Shown here: positions 13,940 to 27,465 of the stretch, piece by piece
Layout: every line of letters begins with the position of its first letter
Numbering within the stretch: the first letter of the stretch is position 1
Source: Centroscyllium fabricii
Taxonomy: Eukaryota
Reading direction: 5' to 3'
Assembly: GCA_051313645.2 (NCBI GenBank)
Contig: JBNRSN020000024.1
Location: 48,794,001 to 48,858,000 of the forward strand
DNA length: 64,000 nt
Program-made: the position numbers and the translations under genes
Notes under the pieces: model-generated
What the model was told of the DNA's origin: nothing
The model's input: only the letters and a program-made list of their open reading frames with translations
Database searches by the model: none

Positions 13940-14345
13940 AAGACTTACATTTCTATAGCGCCTTTCACGACCACCAGACGTCTCAAAGCGCTTTGCAGCC
14001 AATGAAGTACTTTTGAAGTAGAGTCACTGTTGTAATGTGGGAAACGCGGCAGCCAATTTGCGCACAGCAAGCTCCCACACACAGCAATGTGATAATGACC
14101 AGATCATCTGTTTTTATTATGTTGATTGTCAGAGAAATATTGGCCAGGACACCGGGGATAACTCCCCTGCTCTTCTTTGAAATAGTGCCTTGAGATCTTT
14201 TACGTCCACCGGAGAGAGCAGACGGGACCTTGGTTTGACGTCTCATTAGAAAGACAGCACCTCTGACAGTGCAGCACTCCCTCAGTGCCACACTGGAGTG
14301 TCAGCCTAGATTTATGTGCTCATGTCCCTGGAGTGGGACTTGAAC
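13940..14345 (-). mobile_element. Deu-domain SINE (SacSINE1-like)
   Basis: Reverse complement: CTGAGGGAGTGCTGCACTGTCAGAGGTGCTGTCTTTC...GGTGGACGTAAAAGATC...GAAGAGCAGGGGAG, ending in an L2-like tail GAAAGGCGCTATAGAAAT. Confidence 0.8.
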
Positions 14346-15135
14346 CCAAAGATATGGTTAATCAAACAGGTATAAATCTCAATGCATATTCAGTTGCAAA
14401 ATAACTAGCATTTATATCGTATCTTTCACGCAACAAAGCATTCCAAGGCATCTAACAAGGGGATCAGAAAACAAAACAAAAAGTGGGATAAAAGCATGAA
14501 TGAACAGGGAGCCTTTGAGGAAAGTTAATACAATAGAGAGATTTAGTAAATTAAATCCAGAGAGCAGGGTCATATGACTGAAAGCTCTGGCACCAAAGAA
14601 TGAGCAGAAGGTGGAATGTACGGTAGACCGGAGGGAGATATCGAACTAGAGATGATCGCAGAGATAGGTTGGAAGGAGGCTGCGGAGGGATTTCAGAACG
14701 AGGACAAGGATTTTGGAGCAGACAAACATGGGGACAAAGAGCTAATGGAGATCAGCAAGGATAGAAGCAAGAGCGGAGCAGGACTTAGTACGAGATACAA
14801 GTGCCAGAATTCTGGATGAGCTGAAAGTTACTAATGTAGTGTGCAGCTAAGGAGGCTGGTGAAGAGTGCATTCGAGAAATTGAGCCTTGGGTTGACAGGT
14901 GTGGATGAGGGGTTTGACAGCAGTGGGTGGGACAGTATTCTTGAGCCAGGCAACATGAGGACCAGTGCAGCTTCCACCGTATTACTTGCGAGGAAGTGCT
15001 TCATTACTGCTTTAATCAGAGACCTCTCGATGAGTAAGCCCTTGCAGGAACATATATCGTTCGTCAAAAACCTCCACTAAAATTAGCATTGCAATTATGA
15101 ACTTGCACTTATGGTCATCAATATATTTCTATCAA

Positions 15136-15529
15136 TAGAAACATAGAAGATAGGAGCAGGAGTAGGCCATTCGGCCCTTCGAGCCTGCTCCGCCATTCAA
15201 TGAGATCATGGCTGATCATCCAAACCCAGTACCCCGCCCCTACCCCCTCCCCACATCCCTATCGAGCCTACCACCGACACATATCCCACCCTATCCCCGT
15301 AACCCCACACATTCAATCCCCCTAACACTAAGGGTCAATTTATCATGGCCAATCAACCTAACCCGCACATCTACGGACTGTGGGAGGAAACCGGAGCACC
15401 CGGAGGAAACCCACGCAGACACGGGGAGAATGTGCAAACTCCACACAGATAGTACCCGAGGCTGGATTTGAACCCGCGTCTCCAGTGCTGTAAGGCAACA
15501 GTGCTAACCACTATGCCACCGTGCCACCC
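15136..15529 (-). mobile_element. tRNA-derived V-SINE (HE1-like) with CR1-derived tail
   Basis: Pol III A/B-box head, V domain GTGTGGAGTTTGCACATTCTCCCCGTG...TTTCCTCCCACAGTCC, tail GGGCCGAATGGCCTACTCCTGCTCC(TATGTTTC). Confidence 0.88.
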
Positions 15530-16174
15530 AAATGTTCTCATTTTCCTCCTCTCCTGAAGGTGCTGTCGTCGTGTTGAATTACAAGTTCCATGGGCATTCT
15601 TCAGTACATCGCTCAAATGACCAATACTCATGCACATGCCACACAGCAGCAGAAAAATAATTTGTGGGGAGCACGGTCAATCCCATCCTCTGTTAACGTC
15701 CTTATACATACACTATTCAGCAGTGATCATTTGGATAATTTCCTCTCTTTAATCCAAAGGCACTAAGACCAACTGCAGCACTCTCTGCTGTTGCCCTGGC
15801 TGAGGTTAGCTAACTCAGGACTAGATAAACTTGCTGAACCATTGGAACTAATGAAGAATTTTCAATCTTTCAGTTCATTCAAAAGTCCTTCCCCCTCCTA
15901 GACTGCTCTACAGCCACTCACTGCCCACTCTGTGTGGATCCCTAGCCCAGGGGCTTCTGCCAAGGAATCCATACACAGAGCAATCAATCAGAGGTAAAAA
16001 AAACTAGCTCATATCAAAAATATAATAGGGGTTCAGAAACATTAGGGGCTCAACCAATTAAATCAAAAGGCTTAAAATGCAAAATCACTGTATTTTAACA
16101 TTCTGGGGCATCGTCAGAAATTTGAAACAGGGTTTGACATTTTGGTCATGACTGGAACACTCAAAAAGAAAATA

Positions 16175-16491
16175 CAGGTACACAATCCCTTATCCGCGAC
16201 TCCGAAAACCGAAAGTTGTTTCGGAGCGTCACATGACCCGTTTTGAAAGCTAATTCATTATAATCCAGTGATAAAAGTAAAATTAAGATAGTAGCACATA
16301 ACAATTTTTAAAAATGGACCTGCAGGTCCAATTCCTCCCCGAGCCCACAATCTCCTACTGTTTTAGCCTGCGCACTGGGCCGCCAACACGGCAATGCGCA
16401 TGCGCGCTGGGCACCATTCCGAAAACCGAAGAAATCCGAAATCCGAGACCCGTCCAGTCCCAAGGGTTTCAGATAACGGATTGTGTACCTG
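16175..16491. mobile_element. Tc1/mariner (Tigger/pogo-like) MITE
   Basis: TIR CAGGTACACAATCC / GGATTGTGTACCTG with TA on both sides. Confidence 0.85.
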
Positions 16492-17566
16492 TACCACTTT
16501 TAAGTAGTCCTTGCTCCAACATTTAGCAGCTAAATATTTCTTGTGCACACCAAAATGCAGAAGTGAGATTTTACAGGTAGAGATATGTTGCGTTCTACAT
16601 GGAATAAAAGAAAATTAGTCAAGAAACAGCATCAACAGAAACAAAAATTGAAAAACAAAATTCCTCATCAAAAGTAGCAGTCAGTAATCCAACCACACTG
16701 GATTCTGATAGGTATCTGAAAATCGAAATTATACTGAAGAGCAGGGCAATCAGCATTTGTATGGAGATGCTGCCCAATCCGTAGGACAATCTACATGCTG
16801 TTTAACTGTTGCTCAGTTTAATTTAGATTTTCAGATGCCTCCAGAATCTAATCCTGTTCTATATGACCATGCCCCTTAAGTAGACTTGCAGATCTTCCAT
16901 GTTACTTCATACAGAATGAAATAAAGCATCCTACTCCCTTCCTGTGCTCGATGGAAATCATCTCCACGACTGCTAAGAGAATGCAGGAGGGAGCATTAAA
17001 TGTAAGGTCTCCCAGGCAACAAGATGTTCAATCTTGTGAAATGCTGCTGCTGCCAGTGTACTGCTGCTGAGAAATGTGCCAGGGACTATCTAATAACTTA
17101 AATCTTTGTTCCATTTCCAACAGAATTCTAAGTGCATCTTGCCACCAACACCTGAAAAAAGCTAGTATGAATTCTGACTGAAGAACAGCTAAAGGATGAT
17201 TGGAGCCCCAAACAGAAAGTGCTCAAGGTAACCAGACTCTTGGGCCCCTCACACTGAGGTAACCAAACATTCACAAATGTAGCTTTCCTGAAATAATCTG
17301 ATTTCGGGAAATCAGTCTCTTTAGAGTGGGGAGATAGTTTGGTCTTTTTTCGCACGGCTTCTAAATCACAACAGTCGCTTTTTACATAGAAATTTCAACG
17401 CTGTAACAGGCCATTCGGCCCACCCAGTCTGTGTTGGTGTTATCCTCCACACAAGCAGTCGTTCTAATCTTGTGTGCCCACTGAACTCTTTTTAATCCCC
17501 TATTCTTCAACCACCTGTCTAATTAATCTATTTGCAAATGTGGACATGGTCCCTGCTTGAATCACT

Positions 17567-17973
17567 GGGGTCGATTTTCCTCAAGTGGGTGGGGAATTGG
17601 TGGGTTCCCCGCTGATCACTTTTTCTTACCGCTTTCTGAAGGGTGTGGGAGCCCCACGCAATTTTGGCTCAATTGGCCAATTAAATCCCCGAATGTGGGA
17701 AGCCCCTGCCAATTGATTGATTTTAGATAGAAAACCGGCAGGCTTCCCACTGTGTAAGCAGCAGAGCAGATGATACCAATTAAGGGCCCCTAATGAGCTT
17801 AATGACCATCCCTGCCGATGGCGGGCGGGACTGAAGCGGGCCGATCAGACCTGCCGGGTAAAACTGACAAGCTGGCGGGAAACCAGCGGGAGGGGTCGCG
17901 ACCCCCCGTTTTAGTGATTTTCCCTCCCCGGCTGCCGAAAAAGCCGCCTGCCGGCACCATGAAAATTGACCCT
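17567..17973. mobile_element. Non-autonomous PIF/Harbinger-like element inside an old CR1 3' fragment (~17380-18400, minus)
   Basis: TIR GGGGTCGATTTTC / GAAAATTGACCCT and a 3-bp ACT target duplication. Confidence 0.75.
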
Positions 17974-18715
17974 ACTAAGTCCAATAATGCTTTAAATAGT
18001 CTCACAATCTTACATGTCAAAAAAGTTTCTCTTGCTCCATTCTAAATCTCTTACTTTTAATCTTATATCTATATGCTCATGATCTAGACCCCTCAACCAG
18101 TGGAAATAGTCTGTTTCTGTCTACTATGTGCCATCCCTTCATAATTTTAAATACCTCTAGCAAATCACCAAATCATTTCCACTATTCTATTAGAAACGGT
18201 CTCAATTTTCCACATCTTTCTTCATATTTGTATTTCCTTATACCAAGCAGCATCCGAGTGAATCTGCGCTGTAACCTCAACAGCCTTCCTATAGCGTGTA
18301 GACCAAAACTGCACAAAGTACTCCAACTGTGGTCTTACTAAGGTTTTACAGGGGTATATAGATTCACTATATATTCCGCACCTCTTGCCATCAAGCCCAA
18401 TATGGTATTATCCAGGTGAGGTTAACATTTAAGTAAAATGAAGCTGGTCATGCAGGAGAAATACAGGCCCAAGATCAACAAGCTCAGGCTAAACAAGTGC
18501 AACCCTAAATGGATCAAAAAATAAATTTAAAAGGAAAATAATGGGGAAAAAATTACCTCTACAAATCCTGTAGGAAGAAAAGAGAAGGGGCTCACTGGGA
18601 TGAATATAGGACCATGCGGAAACAAGTTAAAAGGGAGATCAGAGGGGCTTAGAAAGACATAGAAAAAAGCATAGCTGCAGAGGCAAAAAGTAACAGTAAA
18701 AAATTTCAATATAAT

Positions 18716-19480
18716 GGGCCAGAACTCCCGATGAGTGTGGGAGGTTTTTGAGCCGGGTGTTAGCGCACCCGAGCTCCGAATTGCAGGGAGCAGCTGTTTC
18801 CAGCGGCTACCTGCAATTCCGAAGGCGGCCAGCGGGAGGTCGAGAGCTGCTGCGAGCTGGATCGTGTACGCCTGCGCACCAGGAGGTGCGCAGTGCACTT
18901 CCGATTTTTTTGCGAGTTTTTTATCGGGGTAAGTATGGAAGATTTTACACTTAAAAATATCAGACGTAAGCACCCGTTTTTAGCAGGTAAGTCTTTATTT
19001 TATAGAATTTAAGTATTGTTTTTACAAGTTTTTAATTTTTTCAAACTTTAAAGACAGGTAAGTATTTTTTTAGGCCAGTTAAAGACTTTACATTTTTTTT
19101 CTAAATTTTTATTTTTTCTTTAAAATAGGTAATTTATGTTAGTTAGAGTATTGTTAAAAAAATGTGGTGTTTTTAAAATTTTATTTTTGTGTTTAGATGT
19201 GTTTTTGAAGCTCTTCCTTTTCATAACTTACACAGATTTCTCCGTGTAAGTTTTGAATGGAGGATTGCTTCCATTAATTGGCTCCCTGCCGATCACGTGG
19301 TCTCGTGCGATATCTCGCGCTAATTACGCTGTTGAGTTGCACCAGCAGGTCGCTTAGAACTTTCTGCTGCTGTACAACTCGGGAGTTCACATCGTAGAAT
19401 TTCAAAACGGCAAAAGTGCAGGGTCAGTGTAACTTGGAGCCTTGCACACAGAGGAAGGCTCCAAGGCTAATTTCTGGGCC
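18716..19480. mobile_element. Non-autonomous Harbinger-like element, second family
   Basis: GGGCCAGAA / TTCTGGGCC termini; highly similar along its length to 30070-30815. Confidence 0.7.
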
Positions 19481-19611
19481 ATTGATAGAAAGAGGACTGT
19501 CAAAGAGGGGAGAACATTAAAAGATACAAACAGGCTTGAAGCTGATGAACACAAGACAGCAAGTATTCTGAGAGTACTTTTCAAAGCATTCGCAAAGGAA
19601 AACATGAACAG

Positions 19612-20015
19612 CATAGAAACATAGAAGATAGGAGCAGGAGTAGGCCATTTGGCCCCTCGAGCCTGCTCCGCCATTCAATGAGATCATGGCTGATCATCCA
19701 AACCCAGCACCCTATCCCTGCCTTCTCCCCATATCCCTCGATCCCTATCGAGCCTGCACCGACACATATCCCACCCAATCCCCGTAACCCCACATATTTA
19801 ATCCCCCTAACACTAAGGGTCAATTTTATCGTGGCCAATCAACCTAACCCGCACATCTTTGGACTGTGGGAGGAAACCGGAGCACCCGGAGGAAACCCAC
19901 GCAGACACGGGGAGAATGTGCAAACTCTACAGAGATAGTCACCCGAGGCTGGATTTGAACCCGGGTCTCCAGCGCTGTGAGGCAACAGTGCTAACCACTA
20001 TGCCGTCGTGCCACC
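19612..20015 (-). mobile_element. V-SINE (HE1-like)
   Basis: Same head, V domain and tail as the copy at 15136. Confidence 0.88.
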
Positions 20016-22074
20016 CATCTTTTCACCTCCAAAAAAAAATGTACAAAGAAACAATTCAAGACTTTGATATAAATGAGATGGTTTGTGGAGCTCAAGAACA
20101 AGTATAATGAAGGTCTACCACCAGGACTTAAAAAAAAATGATGGTAGGTGGGTAGGGAAGAAGCCGTGTTCTGCATTAGTTCAGCACAGTCACTGCACCC
20201 TGAGGTCATGGGTTTAGATCCAACTCAGACCGATAGGAATGTCTCTTCTATCTGTCAGCTGTAAGGGTCCTGTGTGAAATGAATTTGGTCAGCTTTAACT
20301 AAGTTTCCAGTAAATCGATACCACTCATGCAGTGCCAACTGGCAACCTTATGAAATGATGACTGGCATAACTAGCAGATAAAATCAGATTGGTGTAAATG
20401 CAGGTTGTAGCCAAGGAACCATTATGCAACAAAGCAAAGTGAACTTTGCTTTGTAGCTGGCTGTGCTCGAATGCTTGTTGCTGATACTGAGTGACAGCAC
20501 TGGAAAAAGCATTCCCAACACTGATACAGTTCACCTCAATGAGCACAACCTTCATAAAAAAATCAAAGTCTTCAGCAGGGTTTCCTCAAAGAAGCAAAAC
20601 CTGGTAAATGGATAGCCAAACCGAGAGAGCAGCAAAATTGCTTTAACAACGATACCCCGCCAAGATTAAAGATGAAGTCAGGGCCAGGAAGAATGGAAAA
20701 AAGCATAATGCCCGATACACCCCCCAGCTAACCAACATGAACTCAGGACTGGGGAGATTATTAAAGCTGCTCAGTGCACCTCCTGCACCCATCGCCTGCT
20801 GCCTTGAACAGTGGAGCAGTAGCTTCCTTCCCCCTCATTGAGCATAATGTTGGGCTGAGAATGCAGTAACTCGCTCAAACCCTCCCCGCCCCGCCGAGCC
20901 CCTACCACAAATCTCCCTTCCAGAGCAACCGTAATCTAATCATGCACATAAAGCAGGCTAGACTTCCCTGTGATCTGTTACCTTGTGCTGGATTACCATG
21001 TTGTCTTTCTGGTTTGAGTTAAGTAAAAACCAAGTCATTTTTCAATATCAATTTAAGCTTTTAATATTTTTTTTAAATGTATTACATTTTTTCTTCCCCC
21101 TCACTCAGGCAGTCTCACTTGCCATCCTGCTTTGTGGTGCACATTTGAAATTAATTTTAAAAATTCCTCCCCCACTGGCCACGCTCCCCACCCCCCATCC
21201 TGTGCTTAACGGCATCCATCGCGCTCCAGCTACTTTCCAATGACTCTCCTAACTGTGGCCCTGGCTCTCGATTCGGCCGGACTGGTCACTAACGTATCCC
21301 TAACCCCTCACGTACAAGCCACAGCATTGGCTCCCGATGCACCCAGCCTCGCCGCGTCCCCCGATTTAGAATGTAATGGCCACGACTGCTCCCCACCAAC
21401 CCTACACTAGCCACGATGTTGACTCACAATGCATCCCTCCTGCACTGCTGGCAGTACTTGTGTGTGTGAGATGCACCTCTGGCAGGGTCAATGCCAACGA
21501 TGCAAAACTGTGGGGAGGTGGGGCCAGGAGAGGAGGCTTTCAGCTATTTTGCCAATTCCAGCTACTGAGAGAGAAAGCGATTTTTGTTTTTTATTATTGG
21601 AACTACAAGTGGAGGAGAGGGGCAACTATCAGCTTGAAAGACCCTCTCCTATCCTATTCCGCTCTCCTTCCTCCTCTGCACCCATTCCACCTTCGCTCCC
21701 ATACCCTCTCCTCTATCCCTACCTACCTCTCTACATCATACCTTCTTCTGGCATCCATCGTTGCAGAAGTCCCTCAGTTTTAGCCCAATTATCATCTCCC
21801 CACTAACCCTGCTTGACCTAAAGACTGTGCTTGGTCTTGACTCCCCATGTGAAATACCATATATATTATGCATATATACGCACATACACACACATCGACA
21901 ACTTGTATTTATATAGCACCTTTAGCATAGTAGAACGTCCCAAGGCGCTTCACAGGTGTGTTAGAAAACAAAATTTGACACCGAGCCACAAGAAGGAGAT
22001 ATCAGGGGAGATGACCAAAAGCTTGGTCAAAGAGGTAGGTTTTAAGGAGCATCTTAAAGGAGGAAAGAGAGGTT

Positions 22075-22935
22075 AAGACAAAGTCAACATGGATTTACTA
22101 AAGGTAAATCATGCTTGACTAATCTACTGGAGTTTTTTGAGGATGTAACTGGGTAAATAGATAAGGGAGAACCAGTAGATGTGGTGTATTTGGACTTTCA
22201 AAAGACTTTCGATAAGGTCCCGCATAAGAGATTAGCGTGTAAAGTTAAGACACATGGGATTGGGGGCAAGGTATTGACTTGGATAGAGAATTGGTTGGCG
22301 GACAGAAAGCAGAGAGTAGGAATTAACGGGTCTTTTTCCGAGTGGCAGGCAGTGACTAGTGGGGTACCGCAGGGATCGATCAGTCCTTGGACCCCAGCTA
22401 TTCACAATATACATTATTGATCTAGATAAGGGAATTAGATGTAATATCTCCAAGTTTGCAGACGACACAAAACTGGGTGGGCGTGTGTCCTGCGAGGAGG
22501 CTACCAAGAAACTCCAGGATGATTTGGACAGGTTGGGTGATTGGGCAGAAGCGTGGCAGATGCAATGTAACGTGGATAAATGCGAGGTTATCCACTTTGG
22601 TGTCAAAAACAGAAGGGCAGACTATTATCTGAATGGAAATAGATTGGGAGACGGGGAAGTGCACCAGTCACTGAAGGTACGCATGCAGTTGCAGCAGGCG
22701 GTGAAGAAGGCAAATGGTATGTTGGCCTTCATAGCGAAAGGGTTTGAGTACAGGAACAAGGATGTCCTGCTGCAGTTGTACAGGGCCTTGGTTAGACCAC
22801 ACCTTGAGTACTGTGTGTAGTTTTGGTCGCCTTATCTGAGGAAGGATGTTCTTGCCATGGAAGGAGTTCAGCGAAGGTTCACAAAGCTGATACCTAGGAT
22901 GGCAGGAATAACGTATGAGGAGAGATTGGGTCGAC
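22075..22935 (+). mobile_element. CR1 LINE RT fragment
   Basis: YLDFQKTFDKVPH, GVPQGS, KFADDTKLG, LYRALVRPHLEYCV, with stops and frameshifts. Confidence 0.9.
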
Positions 22936-23699
22936 ATGGTGGCGCAGTGGTTAGCACTGCTGCCTCGCAATAAGGAGCTCCTGGGTTCAAATCCTGTTTG
23001 ACCCGGGACCTCTCTGCGTGGAGTTTGCATGTTCTCCCCGTGTTCGTGTGGGTTTCCTCCGGGTACTTCGGTTTCCTCCCACCACCCAAAGACATGCAGG
23101 TTAGGTGAATTGGAGAAACTAAAAATTGTCCATGAGTATGTGTGTGAGATATAGTTCTTAGAGTTGGGGGTGTCGGGGGATATGAGGAGAGGGTAGGAGC
23201 GGTGTGCTGCGTTTGGATGATCAGCCATGGACGGCACGGTGGCATAGTGGTTAGCACTGTTGCCTCACAGCGCCAGGGGCACGGGTTCAAATCTGGCCTC
23301 GGGTGACTATCTGTGTGGAGTTTGCACATTCTCCCCGTATCTGCGTGGGATTCCTCCGGGTGCTCCAGTTTCCTCCCACAGTCCAAAGATGTGCGGGTTA
23401 GGTTGATTGGCCAGGATAAATTGACCCTTAGTGTTAGGGGGATTGAATATGTGGGGTTACGGGGATAGGGTGTGATATGTGTCGGTGCAGGCTCGATGGG
23501 CCGAAATAACCTCTATCTGCACTGTAGGAATGCTATGATTCCATGATATAGTTCTAAGAGCTAAAGGTATCAAGGGATATGGGGAGAAGGCAGGTACGGG
23601 GTACTGAGTTGGATGATCAGCCATGATCTCATCGAATGGCAGAGCAGGCTCAAGGGGCCAAGTGGCCTATTCCTGCTCCGATAGTCTATGTTTCTATGT
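22936..23699 (+). mobile_element. Two nested V-SINEs of different subfamilies plus a CR1-type tail
   Basis: Head TGGCGCAGTGGTTAGCACTGCTGCCTCGCAATAAGG near 22939, a second head near 23231, each followed by a V domain. Confidence 0.8.
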
Positions 23700-24090
23700 A
23701 GCAAGGCGGAGAGGTTTAGGCAGGGAATTCCAGAGCTTCGGCATAGCCAACAGAAGGCACGGCCACCAAAGGTTGAGCGATTATAATCAGGGATGCTTAA
23801 GAGGGCAGAATTAGAGGTGCGCAGGTATTTCGGGGGGTTGTGGGGCTGAAGGAGATTACAGGGATAGGAAGGGGGGATTTGAAAACAAGGATGAGAATTA
23901 TGAAATCGAGGCGCTGCTTAACCGGGAGCCAGCTTTGGTGGGCGGTAGAGAACAAGAATTTTAAATGAGAGACGAGAGGGGTGGAATAAGGTGAGAAGCT
24001 CAAAGGAGGAGGAAGTGCCGGTGGAATAGGGGGACAGACCCAGGTGTCATTTGTGACAGGTGGAGTGTATTCCATCACATGGATAAATAA

Positions 24091-24121
<31 letters not shown>

Positions 24122-24293
24122 GACATAAATATGGAGATAGATAGGGATAGAGATACAAAACATGCTTTTTCTTTTACGTTCCCTGGTAATTTTGCTTTGT
24201 ATTTAACTTTTGGATGAAAACTAACAGCACAGCGAAGTACATAGAAACATTTGTACACTTCCTAAAGAACCTGATCATGAATGATATATAATA

Positions 24294-24846
24294 CAGGTTG
24301 AGCACCGTTAATCCGGCACGGGCGGGACCAGGCCAGTGCCGGGAAAGTGAAAATCCCAAACTATTGAAGTTTCGGAGAGCGCATGCGCAGACCATTCAAA
24401 ATGGCCGGCGCGATAGGCCTGCGGCCAGTTAGAGTGGTCTGCGCATGCGCTTATCGTTCGGCGAGTCCCGGCCCAGCATCGTTCGGATGGTCCCGGCCCG
24501 CGTTCGGGGAATCCTGGCCCAGCCCGCGTTCGGGGAATCCCGGCCCAGCCCGTTTTCGGGGAATCCCGGCACAGCCCGCGTTCGGGGAATCTCGGCACAG
24601 CCCGCGTTCGGGGAATCCCGGCACAGCCCACGTTCGGGGAATCCCGGCCCAGCCCGCTATCGGCTCGGAGAGACCATTGTGAATGATCTGCGCATGCGCT
24701 CGCCGTTGGGCGGCGCATGCGCAGATCATTCACCAAAGCATCAATCGCGGCGGCCATTATGCGCATGCGCGCGCAGTCGGAGAAATTATTGCCGGATGTT
24801 TGAAGCTGACGGTTTTTCGGGTAACGGATTAACGGTGCTCAATCTG
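24294..24846. mobile_element. Tigger/pogo-like MITE with an internal 26-bp minisatellite
   Basis: TIR CAGGTTGAGCACCGTTAATCC / GGATTAACGGTGCTCAATCTG, TA flanks. About 6 units of CCCGCGTTCGGGGAATCCCGGCMCAG at ~24497-24652. Confidence 0.85.
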
Positions 24847-25000
24847 TACTGAGCTAATTCCTACAAAGTATATCGTCAGCAAAACTAATTTGGTCAACCA
24901 CCATTAAAGTGGCAGATGTTCATTCATGATGGACATTACAAGAAGCTAGGGTGGAAAAAGTGTAAACCATGGCAAATCACAATTGCCGTATTCCACCTAC

Positions 25001-25099
25001 CTCATACATTACTGTGTTGAGATTCTGCTGACCAGCGCTATGTTTCTTATTTCCACTTTCTTTCCGTTGCTCTTTAAGATCAGTCAGAAGCTTAAAGAC
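25001..25099 (-). CDS. CRCP: CRCP internal exon, VFKLLTDLKEQRKESGNKKHSAGQQNLNTVMYE
   Basis: 99-bp exon with acceptor ttctccatttatag and donor gtaggt. Matches recalled human VFQLLTDLKEQRKESGKNKHSSGQQNLNTITYE and joins in frame to the flanking exons. Confidence 0.96.
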
Positions 25100-25141
25100 C
25101 TATAAATGGAGAACGAAAGGATGAAAGAGTGCTGATAGATG

Positions 25142-26850
25142 TGGATTTTGCATCTGTGTTCACTCTGGAGAGGGATGATGTAGGCATAGAAATCAGGCAG
25201 GGGGATTGTGATATACTTGAACAAATTAGCATTGAGAGGGAGGAGGTACTAGCGGTTTTAGCAGGCTTAAAAGTGGATAAATCCCCAGGCCCAGACGAGA
25301 TGTTTCCCAGGCAACTCTGTGAGGCAAGGGAGGAGATTGCAGGGGCTCTGACTCAAATTTTCAGAAACTCTCCGGCCACAGGGGATGTGCCAGAGGAATG
25401 GAGGACAGCTAATGTAGTACAGTACCATTATTCAAGAAAGGTAGAAGGGATAAACCAGGGAATTACAGGCCAGTGAGCCTAACATCAGTGGTAGGGAAAT
25501 TATTAGAAAACATTCTGAGGGACAGAATCAGTCTCCACTTGGAGAGGCAAAGATTAATCAAAGATAGTCAGCATGGCTTTGTCAGGGGGAGATCATGTCT
25601 AACCAATTTGATTGAATTTTTCGAGGGGGTGACTAGGTGTGTGGATGAGGGTAGTGCAGTTGATGTAGTCTGCATGGACTTCAGTAAGGCTTTTGACAAA
25701 GTCTCATATGGGAGACTGGTCAAGAGGGTAAGAGCCCATGGGGTACAGGGCAATTTGGCACATTCGATCCAAAATTGGCTTAGTGGCAGGAGGCAGAGGG
25801 TGATGATCGAAGGTTGTTTTTGTGACTGGAAGCCTGTGTCCAGTGGTGTACCACAGGGATCGGTGCTGGGTCCCTTGCTGTTTGTAGTGTACATTAATGA
25901 TTTAGATATGAATGTAGGAGGTATGGTCAGTAAGTTCGCAGATGACATGAAAATTGGTGGAGTGGTAAATAGCGAGGAGGGAAGCCTCAGGCTACAGGAC
26001 GTTATAGACGGGTTGGTCAGATGGGCAGAACAGTGGCAAATGGAATTTAACCCTGAAAAGTGTGAGGTGATGCATTTTTGGAGGACTAACACGGCAAGGG
26101 AATACACAATGAATGGTAAGACCCGAGGAAAGACAGACGATCAGAGGGACCTTGGTGTGCATGTACATAGATCCCTGAAGGCAGCAGGACAGGTAGATAA
26201 GGTGGTTAAAAAGGCATATGGGATACTTGCCTTCATTAGCCGAGGCATTGAATATAAGAGCAGGGAGGTTATGATGGAGCTGGACAAAATGATAGTTAGG
26301 TCACAGCTGGAGTACTGTGTGCAGTTCTGGTCGCCACACTACAGGAAGGATGTGATTGCATTGGATAGGGTGCAGAGGAGATTCACCAGGATGTTACATG
26401 GGCTGGAGCGCTTCAGCTATGAAGAAAGACTGGACAGGCTGGGGTTGTTTTCCTTGGAGCAGAGAAGGCCGAGGGGGGGACCTGATTGAGGTGTACAAAA
26501 TTATGAGGGGCATAGAGAGGGTAGATAGAAAGGAACTTTTTCCCTTAGTCGAGGGGTCAATGACCAGGGGCATAGTTTCAAGGTAAGGGGCAGGAGGTTT
26601 AGGGGGGATTTGAGGAAGAACTTTTTCACCCAGAGGGTGGTTGGAATCTGGAACTCACTGCCTGAAAGGGTGGTAGAGGCAGAAACCCTCACAACATTGA
26701 AGAAGCATTTAGATGAGCACTTGAAATGCCATAGCATGACAAGGCTACGGACCAAGTGCTGGAAAATGGGATTAGAATAGACAGGGCTTGATGGCCGGCG
26801 CAGACACGATGAGCCGAAGGGCCTCTTTCTGTGCTGTATAACTCGATGAC
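25142..26850 (+). mobile_element. CR1 LINE, 5'-truncated and frameshifted
   Basis: KSPGPD, DFSKAFDKV, GVPQGSVLGP, KFADD, CR1 3' UTR. Same subfamily as 245-855 and 40921-47303. Confidence 0.92.
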
Positions 26851-27465
26851 ACTATTCTCAGCGGAGATTTCAATGTATTATATTATAGGGGTGATTCAGC
26901 GATCCCTTATCCCAGTAGGGAAGCTTGACCACAGGGCATGCAAGTTTGCGACAGGGCTACAACGCTATAGCTACAATGCTCCAGCCTACACTCCCTGGAA
27001 GCACTGCTCCTTGCTGAATGGGCAGAATCACTCCTTATGTGTGAACTTTACATTCCTACAGACACTTCAATCCTCTATATTTATTCATATTATGACCAAA
27101 TAAAACACATCTGCATTTTAGCTATCAGAACTGCAGCAAGGAGAAGCAAAGTGACAATACTATAAATTTTATATACCTCTTTGTTTTGCGATGGTCAAAT
27201 GAGTGAGGGTAGCTTAATTGTTTCCATACTTTTACTTGGCGTGCGTGAACTCATGCCTAGGCACTAAACAGCAGGAAATACACATTGGGGGGTAATGGTC
27301 TGCAGAAAAAAGTCTGATCACAGTACGAAAGCACAGATTGCAGTAAAATTCACATCAAAACGGCACGCACTTTGTTATTAAGCAGGATTAAAATGACTGC
27401 TGTACAAGTTAGAATTTATGTTTTAATTGTTGAAATGTAAAACCAACAAAAATCCAAAAATTTAC

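Larger units (their letters stand above)
21895..23970 (-). mobile_element. L2-type LINE 3' fragment, split by a CR1 + SINE insertion (22075-23699)
   Basis: L2 3' end (reverse complement GTGAAGCGCCTTGGGACG...GGTGCTATATAAATACAAG). Resumes at ~23700 with LPVKQRLDFIILILVFKS. Confidence 0.75.

Noticed and set aside
15480-15529. tRNA genes at A/B-box sequences
   Set aside because: They are SINE heads followed by V domains and LINE-derived tails.
24497-24652. CRISPR-like regular repeats (also 27922-28222 and 63809-63918)
   Set aside because: Head-to-tail repeats without unique spacers, eukaryotic context, and no cas genes.
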